Assembly (NCBI GenBank): GCA_963713485.1
Contig: CAVQLW010000006.1
Span: 197,714 to 261,713, forward strand
Length of the DNA stretch: 64,000 nt
Direction: 5' to 3'
Source: Candidatus Dormiibacterota bacterium
GTDB taxonomy: Bacteria > Chloroflexota > Dormibacteria > Aeolococcales > Aeolococcaceae
The notes beneath the pieces were generated by a model. The model saw only the letters and a program-made list of their open reading frames with translations. It did not search any database and was not told where the DNA came from. Positions 21,235 to 29,197 of this stretch are shown here, piece by piece (position 1 is the first letter of the stretch; each line of letters opens with the position of its first letter). The position numbers and the translations under genes are program-made.

Positions 21235-22257
21235 ATGAGCATGCTGCGGCGCACCGCGTTCGCGGCAGGCGCGCTCGCGTTCGGCGCTGCGGGATGGGAG
21301 GTGCAGCGACGCCGCGATCTCCGAACCATCACCGCAGACCCTGAATGGGGCGAGCTCAACCGACCCCTCGACGGGCGGGTTCTCCCGTTGCGGGCCCTTG
21401 ACGGCACGCTGCTCCACGCCGAGATCCACGGGCCCGATGGCGCGCCGACGATCGTTCTGGTGCACGGGTGGCTTGAGGCCTGCCGCCTCTGGCACCACCA
21501 GATCCGTGATCTCTCGCGCGACTTCCGTGTCGTCGCGTACGACCAGCGCGGTCATGGGCAGAGCGAACCATCAACCAATGGCGAGTACAGCGAACGGTTG
21601 CTTGCAAGCGACCTCGGCGTCGTGATCGACGCGCTCGTCCCGAGTGGACAACGGTGCGTGCTCGCCGGGCACTCGATGGGGGCCATGGCGATCATCGCCT
21701 GGGCGGGACGCGACCCGGCGCTCGCGCATGAGCGCGTGACCGGAGTGGCGCTGATCAACACCGGTATTCACCAGCTGGTCGAACGCCTCGCCATCCTGGG
21801 CGAGTGGTTCGGAAGCAGGGCGGCAACCGGGGCGGTGATCCCGGGCATCCTCCAGTCCCCGTACAACCCTCCGAGCCGCCTCGATCCCATCAGCCTGCGG
21901 CTCATCCGCGGTCTTGCGTTCGCGCCGTCGGCGAGCCTTGCGCAGGTCGCCTTCGCTCATCAGATGTTCCTGACGACACCCGCGCCGGCGAGAGCCGGCT
22001 TCGCGAAGATGTTCACCACGCTCGACCTCAGCGCCGCGGTGCCGCATGTCACGCCACGGGCGGTGGTGATCGCCGGTGACCGAGACCGGCTCACGCCACC
22101 ATGGCACGCCGAGCAGCTTGCCGCCACGCTTCCGAATCTCGCGCGACACACCGTGCTGCCGAACACGGGACATATGTCGCCGCTCGAGGCGTCGGGCGCG
22201 ATCACCGCGCACCTCCGCGCGCTCGTCAGCGAGAGGAGCGCGTCATCTGCTAGCTGA
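21235..22257 (+). CDS. alpha/beta hydrolase
   Basis: PTIVLVHGW oxyanion region, nucleophile elbow AGHSMGA, and C-terminal NTGHMSPLE His motif. N-terminal TM or signal segment. Confidence 0.8.
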   Translation: MSMLRRTAFAAGALAFGAAGWEVQRRRDLRTITADPEWGELNRPLDGRVLPLRALDGTLLHAEIHGPDGAPTIVLVHGWLEACRLWHHQIRDLSRDFRVVAYDQRGHGQSEPSTNGEYSERLLASDLGVVIDALVPSGQRCVLAGHSMGAMAIIAWAGRDPALAHERVTGVALINTGIHQLVERLAILGEWFGSRAATGAVIPGILQSPYNPPSRLDPISLRLIRGLAFAPSASLAQVAFAHQMFLTTPAPARAGFAKMFTTLDLSAAVPHVTPRAVVIAGDRDRLTPPWHAEQLAATLPNLARHTVLPNTGHMSPLEASGAITAHLRALVSERSASSAS

Positions 22258-22276
22258 ACTCGAGGCGCGCCACCGT

Positions 22277-22492
22277 TCAGCCGCCCGGTGCAGGCTCCGC
22301 GACCAGCGAGATCTGAATCTTCTCGCCGCAATTGGGGCAATCGCGTGGCTGCTGGACGACACGCCGGTTCCCGTCCGAGTCCCTGCCACCGTCGATCATC
22401 GTGACGGTCACGCTCTTCGTGCATCCAGGACAGTCGTAGCCCACATGCATCATGGGGATCCGGCTGCCGATGAGGTTGACATCCGACGCCAT
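22277..22492 (-). CDS. small Cys4 zinc-ribbon protein (71 aa), function unknown
   Basis: GGAGGA RBS 7 nt before ATG 22492. CPGC ... CPNC pairs 29 residues apart. The longer track ORF start 22537 lacks an RBS. Confidence 0.5.
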   Translation of the reverse strand: MASDVNLIGSRIPMMHVGYDCPGCTKSVTVTMIDGGRDSDGNRRVVQQPRDCPNCGEKIQISLVAEPAPGG

Positions 22493-22608
22493 GAGTTGAT
22501 CCTCCGTGTAGCTGCGTGTTAGACGCCGTCCACACATGCTGACACCGACCGGGCCTCAGCGCACGCCGTTGCACGCACTCGCGGAAGGACGCCGCTGCGA
22601 GCGCGACG

Positions 22609-23826
22609 TCAGCGACTCTGTGCGGCGCGCTCCTCGCAGCCCCACGGAGAGCCGTGCGCCTTCAGCCCATCAAGGAAGGGATCGGCCGGAAACGCCTCGG
22701 GACCGAGGACCCCCACACCCGACCACGCCTTGGACTCGAGCAGTTCGAGTGCGACCAGAGGATTCACCGCCGTCTGCCACACGACCGCCTGCGACCCGTA
22801 CTCCGCCATGGACCATTCGTTGTCCACGACGTGATGGAGGTACACCTCCCTGGGATTACCGTCCTTGCCGGTGCCGCGCACCCAGGTGCCGGCGCACGTC
22901 AGGCCCGACATCCGATCGCCGAGGCCGGCCGGATCGGGCAGGCATGCTGCAACGACATCGCGCGGGGAGACCTGGGACCCGCCGACTCGAACCGGTTCGG
23001 TCGAATCCAGACCCAGCTTGTGGAGCGTGCGAAGAACGTCGATGAACTCGTCGCCGAGCCCGTACTTGAAGGTGACGCGGCCGCAGTCGATCCATCGCGG
23101 CATGAGCAGCACCTCCTCATGCTCGACGTTCACGCACTCCACCGGTCCGATCCCCGCAGGGAAGTTGAACACCTCGGGCTCGCTGAAGGGAGGGGTTGTG
23201 TACCAGCCCTTCTCACGCTCGAACACGATCGGCGGATTCAGGCATTCCTCGATCGTCGTCCAGATCGAGAACGTCGGTGCGAACTCGTATCCCGCGACGA
23301 CGAGGTTGGCCCCGTCGCGGACACCCATCTCGTCGATGGAGGAGAAGAGGTGATCCGCCGCGTAGCGGGCGAAGACGTCGGCGAGACCCGGCTCCACACC
23401 CATCCCGACGAGGGCGAGGATGCCCTTGTTCTCCCAATCAGCAGCCAGCGCGAACTGCTCGTCGCCGAGCTTGACGCCCGGTGTCGAATAGGGCTGATCA
23501 GGGTGCGGGTGTGAGAGCGACATGGCCATGTCGAGATACGTGACCTGCGAGGCGAGCGCGGCCCTGAAGAGCGGCATGACGAACCGGGGGTCGACGGCGT
23601 TCAGGAGCACGTCGCACCGCTCGGCCTTGAGGAGCTGCGAGATCGCCGCCTCGTCGCCGGCGTCAAGACGGACGGCACTGAACCGGGATCCCGCCCCGGC
23701 GATCGCCCGTTCCGCTCGCGTGGCGTCGTAGTCGGCGACCACGACTGCCTCGAAGAGATTCCACCGCGACGCCGTGCGTGCGATCGCCGTTCCAACTCCG
23801 CCCGCTCCCACCAGCAGCACTCGCAT
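22609..23826 (-). CDS. saccharopine dehydrogenase family NAD(P)-binding protein
   Basis: MRVLLVGAGGVGTAIA Rossmann start and 405-aa length. Overall pattern matches the Sacchrp_dh N and C domains. Confidence 0.8.
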   Translation of the reverse strand: MRVLLVGAGGVGTAIARTASRWNLFEAVVVADYDATRAERAIAGAGSRFSAVRLDAGDEAAISQLLKAERCDVLLNAVDPRFVMPLFRAALASQVTYLDMAMSLSHPHPDQPYSTPGVKLGDEQFALAADWENKGILALVGMGVEPGLADVFARYAADHLFSSIDEMGVRDGANLVVAGYEFAPTFSIWTTIEECLNPPIVFEREKGWYTTPPFSEPEVFNFPAGIGPVECVNVEHEEVLLMPRWIDCGRVTFKYGLGDEFIDVLRTLHKLGLDSTEPVRVGGSQVSPRDVVAACLPDPAGLGDRMSGLTCAGTWVRGTGKDGNPREVYLHHVVDNEWSMAEYGSQAVVWQTAVNPLVALELLESKAWSGVGVLGPEAFPADPFLDGLKAHGSPWGCEERAAQSR

Positions 23827-23943
23827 GGCGATACAACCTCCGGGCGCCGATTATAGTTGTCGGCCTCACCCACGAGCGGGCGGTGACGGCCGCACGGGCC
23901 GGCGCCGCCGTACCGCGGACACGCGCGCAAGCGGAGCGGCAGC

Positions 23944-25527
23944 ATGAGCGGAGTGCCCATCCCCGAGGCCCAGGTGGACAAGGGCCTCAAACCCGGCGCG
24001 TTGTCGCTCGTCTCCAACATCGTCATCGGCGTCGCATCGGTGGCGCCTGCGTACAGCCTGGCCGCCACGCTCGGGTTCATCGTCATCCTCGTCGGGTTCA
24101 GCACGCCGAGCATCGTGCTGCTGGCGTTCATCCCGATGCTGTTCGTGTCGATCGGCTACAGCGAGCTGAACAAGGCCGATCCCGATTGCGGCACCACCTT
24201 CACGTGGGCGACGCGCGCGTTCGGCCCGCGCACGGGATGGATGGGCGGCTGGGGCATCATCGCGGCCGACATCCTCGTCATGGCGAGCCTCGCCCAGGTT
24301 GCCTCGCAGTACACGTTCCTGCTCTTCAACGCCAACAGCATCGGCACTGACCCCACCAGCGTCTGGGTGCTGCTCGTCGGTCTGCTGTTCATCGCGCTGA
24401 TGACCTACATCTGCTATCGGGGCATCGAGGTCTCGGCACGGATCCAGCGTGTGTTGCTCTCGATCGAGGTGGTGATGCTCCTCGCGTTGGGCTTGGTCGC
24501 GCTCATCAGGGCGCTGACGGGCAACGCACCCGCCGGCCACGCAACTCCGAGCCTGGACTGGCTCAACCCCGGGCGGACTGACTTCTCGACGCTCGTGAGC
24601 GGACTGCTCCTCATGCTCTTCATCTACTGGGGCTGGGACACGTCGGTCTCCATCAACGAGGAGACGGCGGACCGGACGAGATCCCCAGGCCTCGCAGCCA
24701 TCACCTCGACGGTGCTGCTGCTGGTCATGTACTTCGTGGTCACCGTCGGGGTGCTCTCCTTCGCCGGGACCGGATCCACCGGGATCGGGCTCGGCAATCC
24801 GAACAACTCGGGAGACGTGTTCTCACCTCTTGGGACCGCGGTGTTCGGAAACTCGGCGTTGGGCAACGTCCTCTCGCACCTCCTCCTGCTCATGGTGCTG
24901 AGCTCGGCAGCCGCATCGACACAGACGACGATCCTTCCCACCGCACGCACCATGCTGTCGATGTCCGTGTACAAGGCGCTGCCCGACGCGTTCGCCAAAA
25001 TGCACCCGCGCTTCTTCACCCCAACGGTTGCCACGCTCGTGATGGGAGGGGTATCGGCCGCGCTGTACGCGGTGGTCAACTACATCTCCGAGGGCAACGT
25101 GATCCCTGACGCCGTCACCGCGATCGGCATCTGGATCGCGTTCTACTACGGGCTGACGGGATTCACGTGCGTCTGGTACTACCGCAAGACGCTGCTCACC
25201 AGCGTGCGAAACCTCTTAATGCGAGGGGTCCTGCCGTTTCTCGGTGGCTTGTCGCTGTACTTCGGCCTGGTGTGGAGTGTGAAGGACGACTTCAACTACA
25301 ACAGCGGCGTCAGCTACACGTACTGGGAGCTCCCGTTCGGGCCCCGCTGGCAGATCGGCGGTGTCTTCCTCGTCGCTTTGCTCTCCGCCCTCGTCGGGAT
25401 CGTGCTCATGATCCTGTGGATCATCGCGCGCCCGAGGTTCTTCCGAGGCGAGACCCTCAACAGATCGACACCGACGCTCGTGCCGGACACGGGAGCCCCG
25501 GGCGCCCCTCCGACGCCGCCGGTCTGA
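23944..25527 (+). CDS. APC superfamily amino-acid/polyamine permease
   Basis: 527 aa, about 12 TM. The N-terminal LKPGALSLVSNIVIGVASVAPAYSLA pattern is typical of APC permeases. Divergent from the saccharopine dehydrogenase gene. Confidence 0.85.
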   Translation: MSGVPIPEAQVDKGLKPGALSLVSNIVIGVASVAPAYSLAATLGFIVILVGFSTPSIVLLAFIPMLFVSIGYSELNKADPDCGTTFTWATRAFGPRTGWMGGWGIIAADILVMASLAQVASQYTFLLFNANSIGTDPTSVWVLLVGLLFIALMTYICYRGIEVSARIQRVLLSIEVVMLLALGLVALIRALTGNAPAGHATPSLDWLNPGRTDFSTLVSGLLLMLFIYWGWDTSVSINEETADRTRSPGLAAITSTVLLLVMYFVVTVGVLSFAGTGSTGIGLGNPNNSGDVFSPLGTAVFGNSALGNVLSHLLLLMVLSSAAASTQTTILPTARTMLSMSVYKALPDAFAKMHPRFFTPTVATLVMGGVSAALYAVVNYISEGNVIPDAVTAIGIWIAFYYGLTGFTCVWYYRKTLLTSVRNLLMRGVLPFLGGLSLYFGLVWSVKDDFNYNSGVSYTYWELPFGPRWQIGGVFLVALLSALVGIVLMILWIIARPRFFRGETLNRSTPTLVPDTGAPGAPPTPPV

Positions 25528-25543
25528 CGGCGGGGGCGCCGTC
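25526..25543. terminator. short GC hairpin between convergent genes
   Basis: GACGGCG-GGGG-CGCCGTC overlaps the permease stop codon. No U-tract. Confidence 0.25.
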
Positions 25544-25560
25544 CGAGCACGCCGTCGCGC

Positions 25561-25749
25561 TCAGCGGCGGTTTCGCGACCCGGCCTCGCCCCCGACGACC
25601 ACGCCGACTGCGATGAGAGCGGCGACGAGCCAGACCACGTTCCCGGTGAAGGCAAACTCAACCGCACCCACGATGGTGACCGCCCAGAGGAGCTGGTTGG
25701 GGCTGAGCCCAAACCACATGCGCCTGGAGCGGCCGGCGGTCCTGCTCAC
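25561..25749 (-). CDS. possible small two-TM membrane protein
   Basis: The only support is an open frame with two hydrophobic segments (MWFGLSPNQLLWAVTIVGAVEF..VVWLVAALIAVGVVVGG). The start could be 25719. Confidence 0.3.
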   Translation of the reverse strand: MSRTAGRSRRMWFGLSPNQLLWAVTIVGAVEFAFTGNVVWLVAALIAVGVVVGGEAGSRNRR

Positions 25750-25895
25750 ACCGCGCCTCCGTTCCTGCCCGCAGACTCCGCGCAGATTGCCATTGATTTG
25801 ATTGTTCGACGAGCGGAGGGAGGTGGTTAGAGCCGTTTGTCACACGCGACGCCCTTGGCCGCCAGGTCAGGGGGGCGGACAGCTTGCCGGAAGAA

Positions 25896-26732
25896 CTACG
25901 GCCCGTAGCTCTTCCAGGCAACACTCAACTTCGGTCGCTTCATGTTCACAGCTGAGGCGGTTGCCATGTCCTGGGTGTCGGCGTCATTCACCATGTCAAC
26001 TGCGAAACTTGGGAACGTTGCGAGCACGGATTGCCTCGTGTGCTTCGACTGCGCGCGGGCTGACCCGTCGGTGAACGCAAACTGCGGAGTCCAGCTGGGC
26101 AGCGCGGAGTACGCGTCCCCGTAGCTCGGCCGCTCCACGATCCACTCGGCCGAGTTGCGCTGGCAGCCTCCGGCGTACTGGCACTGCTCGAACTCGGTGA
26201 ATCCTCTGTGCGCGGTCCTGTCGGTCACGACGATCCTGAACGCACCCGCATGACCCGGTGGGCTGTAGGTGACCGAGGCGGACATCCTGTCGCCGACGCG
26301 CACCGTGAAGACCGTCGTGATCGTGTTCGTCGGGTACATCTCCCACCACGCGTAATGCGTGCCTTGCGCCGCGCCGTTGCACTCCTGGTAGGTGCCGCCC
26401 TGCTCGACCGTGCTCCCGCCCCAGCCATCCAGCCCGACCCACGCGACTGCAGCCTCCGGGGACTCGCCGTTGCAGGCGTACGCGCGCTCGGTCCACTCGG
26501 CCTGGACGGACGTGAACGGGCGTGGGGTCTTGAGGGATGCCTCGGTCGACACGTACCCGGACCAGTTCAGTGAGTACTGCGTGGATCCTGAAGCGCTGGC
26601 GCCGGCCGCGAGCCGGGCGATGACGGCGGGGCCGAGGCGGACGCTCGGTGCCGCCGCCACAGACGACAACCCCAGCGTTCCGGCGGCGATGAAGCTGCAG
26701 AGTGCAGCAAGGAGGAGCTTGCGTGCCTTCAT
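25896..26732 (-). CDS. secreted glutamic peptidase, family G1 (eqolisin / peptidase A4-like)
   Basis: Signal peptide MKARKLLLAALCSFIAAG. G1-type blocks YSLNWSGYV, VAWVGLDGWG and SAEWIVERPS. GGAG RBS before ATG 26732. Confidence 0.7.
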   Translation of the reverse strand: MKARKLLLAALCSFIAAGTLGLSSVAAAPSVRLGPAVIARLAAGASASGSTQYSLNWSGYVSTEASLKTPRPFTSVQAEWTERAYACNGESPEAAVAWVGLDGWGGSTVEQGGTYQECNGAAQGTHYAWWEMYPTNTITTVFTVRVGDRMSASVTYSPPGHAGAFRIVVTDRTAHRGFTEFEQCQYAGGCQRNSAEWIVERPSYGDAYSALPSWTPQFAFTDGSARAQSKHTRQSVLATFPSFAVDMVNDADTQDMATASAVNMKRPKLSVAWKSYGP

Positions 26733-26816
26733 GGGCAGTCGGGCTCCGAAGGGATCACGCTGACCACGATTACATGACCGGGGCACCGCGAAATGACACG
26801 TCTGTCACGACTGCCC

Positions 26817-27620
26817 TCAGACTTTCGCCGCGCCGGCGATGCCCGCGACCGCCCAGGCTCGCGCCGTCAGCTCAAACGGCCCGTCACCAACCCCGAGGTG
26901 GTGGCGGTACCGATCGCGGAGGGCGGCGCGGCGCTCTTCATCGAGCGATTTGCAGAACGCGCCAGAGGGGGCAATGCCGGTGGGGAAGGGGGACCACAGG
27001 TCGTCGAAGTCAACGTATTTCGCACTGACCACCAGCGGACGCGCGCGCACGTCACGGAGGCCGGCGGTACGCCATAGGCGTGCGAGATCGCCCTCGGCGC
27101 ACCAGCGCATGACGGCCCCCTCGTCGGCGAGCGCGGCGCGATCGGGATCGACGTCGAGGGCGGCATCCCAGAAGGCACGAAGCAGCGTCATCTCGCCCGC
27201 GTAGTCCCACACGCACGCGGCGACGACCCCGCCAGGCCGGGTGACGCGCGCCATGGCACGGACGCCCGCCTCGGCGTCGGGCAGGAAATTCACGACGAGC
27301 TGCGCGAGCGTGGCGTCGGCCGATCCGTCGGCGAATGGCAGCGCCGCGGCATCCGCCACGACAACCTCGACGCCCGGGAGCCTCGCCCGGCACGACTCCA
27401 CAAAGGGCGCCGATGGGTCGGCGGCACGCACGTGTGCGGCCCCCAGCCGCTCCACGAGTACCGCGGTCAGCGCTCCAGGTCCGCACCCGACGTCGACGGC
27501 GCTCATCCCGGACTCGACGCCGGCGAAATCGATCAACGCCCGCGCGAGCTGCCGGCTGTACCGACCGACGTGCCGATCGTAGGTCTCAGCCGGCGCGCGG
27601 AACATCTCAGCACCTGGCAT
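26817..27620 (-). CDS. class I SAM-dependent methyltransferase
   Basis: Motif I VDVGCGPGALT, and post-I/II pattern ...ADAAALPFADGSADA... Confidence 0.8.
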   Translation of the reverse strand: MPGAEMFRAPAETYDRHVGRYSRQLARALIDFAGVESGMSAVDVGCGPGALTAVLVERLGAAHVRAADPSAPFVESCRARLPGVEVVVADAAALPFADGSADATLAQLVVNFLPDAEAGVRAMARVTRPGGVVAACVWDYAGEMTLLRAFWDAALDVDPDRAALADEGAVMRWCAEGDLARLWRTAGLRDVRARPLVVSAKYVDFDDLWSPFPTGIAPSGAFCKSLDEERRAALRDRYRHHLGVGDGPFELTARAWAVAGIAGAAKV

Positions 27621-27660
27621 GGGCGGCTAGGCTACCCCGTCGGATTCACGGTCGTCGGGT

Positions 27661-27686
27661 CAACCCCGAGGGGCGCCTCGGGGTTG
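27661..27686. promoter_or_regulatory. perfect 11-bp inverted repeat (26-nt palindrome) in a divergent intergenic region
   Basis: CAACCCCGAGG-ggcg-CCTCGGGGTTG. Lies 41 nt from the methyltransferase start and 98 nt upstream of the lipoprotein ATG. Confidence 0.35.
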
Positions 27687-27783
27687 CGATGGACGCCGCG
27701 GTCGGCCGGTTGAGAGTGTTCGCCTGTGAACCGCTATGCTTCACCGTCGGCTCACGCCTATCCGCCACGTTGGAGGGAGACCA

Positions 27784-28134
27784 ATGAAACGCGCGGCATT
27801 CGTCCTCATCGGGGCCAGCACCACGCTGCTGCTCGCCGGGTGCGGCAACGAGACCGTCACCGCTTCGGAGACCCAGCAAGGCATCACCGTCCAGGTCGTT
27901 GTGACGAGCGACAGCACGGCGATCGATGCTCTCAAGCAGAGCCTCCCGTCGACCGCTCCAGGGGTGACCTTCGCGAGTGGGGACACGCACAGCGCTCCGC
28001 ACGTGTGCGGCTTCAGCACCAGCAAGAACGGTCACAGCTACCAGGTGGACTTCTACGGCAACCTCCCGAGCGGCTCGTCGGCACTCGTCTGCAGCGCCTC
28101 CGCTCAGCAGGAGTTCCTCGCCGACGCTCCGTAG
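27784..28134 (+). CDS. hypothetical lipoprotein
   Basis: GGAGGGAG RBS, then MKRAAFVLIGASTTLLLAGC lipobox. 116 aa. Confidence 0.65.
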   Translation: MKRAAFVLIGASTTLLLAGCGNETVTASETQQGITVQVVVTSDSTAIDALKQSLPSTAPGVTFASGDTHSAPHVCGFSTSKNGHSYQVDFYGNLPSGSSALVCSASAQQEFLADAP

Positions 28135-28163
28135 GCGGTAGCCGCCGCCGGCGGGCGCGGGGC

Positions 28164-28233
28164 CTCGCGTTGCGCGATGGCGGTGCCGGCCTCGCGCGCT
28201 CGCGTTGCGCGATGGCCATGCCGGCCTCACGCC
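28164..28233. repeat. 35-nt tandem duplication (2 copies)
   Basis: ctcgcgttgcgcgatggcGGtgccggcctcGcgcG followed by ctcgcgttgcgcgatggcCAtgccggcctcAcgcC. Located between two convergent genes. Confidence 0.6.
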
Positions 28234-28236
28234 CGT

Positions 28237-29193
28237 TCAGCGCGCTCGGAGCGAGCTGAGATGTGCCAGCGCTGCCACGATCGCACCGGCGACGCATGCG
28301 GCTGCGCCGTACCAGATCGCGCCCCCGCCCTCACTCTGAGGTCCGCCACCCAGGGTGGAAACAGCCGGGATGATGAGCAGCAGGCCTGCAGGAAGCACCA
28401 ACGCCGCGAGCCAGCCGGCCGCACGCCGGCGCGGTCGGGAAGCAGGTCGGCGTCTGAGGGCAACCGCGGCAACAACCACCGCGATCCCGATCGCGTCGAT
28501 CGCAAGATCCACCGCGGCGTACTGCGATGCGGCGTTCAGTCCGGACGCGTCTCCTGCAGCGGTGACGAGCACGTACACCTGCGCGGTCGCGGTGCCGGCC
28601 AGCAGCACGCCCCCCGAGACGAGCGGAAGGATCGCCGGTGGTCGGACCCATCGGAGCATTGCCGCGGTCCACACACCACCGATGAGGAGTGGCACCACCG
28701 CAAGCAACACCGAGAGATCGAACCCGGTGGACGGTGCGACGCCAGACTCGCTTGGGGTCGAGCGTGCCCCGGCGACGAACTGGATGGGCGCGGTCCCCAA
28801 CTCCGTCGGCGTGAACGCGATATCCGTCACCGAGATGATGCACCCCGGGGAAACGTCGCACCGGATGTGATCGAGCCCGAACGGTCCGGCGTGGACGGTG
28901 ACGGTGACGTCGATCCGTCCGTCGGAGTCGGCGCTCGCGAACTGCGCATCCGCAACGGCGCAGTCCGACGCTGAAGCATTCGGCACAGCCGAGCACTCAG
29001 TGACCACCAGCTGCTTGCCGGGCGTGTATCCGTCGGCTTCCACCCGTACCGCCTGACCGTCATGCAAGCCGGTTGACGGCGTGACCGTCACCGTCTCGGC
29101 GGCGAGAGCGTGGCCCGCGCCTGTCACGGCCGCCAACGCCGTCACAAGGATCCCGAGGCAGAGCACCTCGCGAGCCCGCGCGGCCGACAGCAT
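28237..29193 (-). CDS. neocarzinostatin-fold (NCS-family) extracellular domain fused to a polytopic membrane region
   Basis: Signal-like start. Pattern TVTVTPSTGLHDGQAVRVEADGYTPGKQLVVTECS...DCAV...IRCDVSPGCIISV matches NCS apoprotein-type domains. About 5 hydrophobic helices follow. ATG 29193 lies 4 nt after the upstream gene's stop. Confidence 0.6.
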   Translation of the reverse strand: MLSAARAREVLCLGILVTALAAVTGAGHALAAETVTVTPSTGLHDGQAVRVEADGYTPGKQLVVTECSAVPNASASDCAVADAQFASADSDGRIDVTVTVHAGPFGLDHIRCDVSPGCIISVTDIAFTPTELGTAPIQFVAGARSTPSESGVAPSTGFDLSVLLAVVPLLIGGVWTAAMLRWVRPPAILPLVSGGVLLAGTATAQVYVLVTAAGDASGLNAASQYAAVDLAIDAIGIAVVVAAVALRRRPASRPRRRAAGWLAALVLPAGLLLIIPAVSTLGGGPQSEGGGAIWYGAAACVAGAIVAALAHLSSLRAR

Positions 29194-29197
29194 CGCG

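Noticed and set aside
22277-22492. Second LysW / amino-group carrier protein next to saccharopine dehydrogenase
   Set aside because: It has a Cys4 ribbon but ends ...LVAEPAPGG. It lacks the acidic C-terminal E/DWGE tail with terminal Glu that is required for carrier function, and there is no ATP-grasp ligase nearby.
28164-28233. CRISPR-like array
   Set aside because: There are only two directly adjacent 35-nt units, with no spacers, no further repeats in the window and no cas genes.
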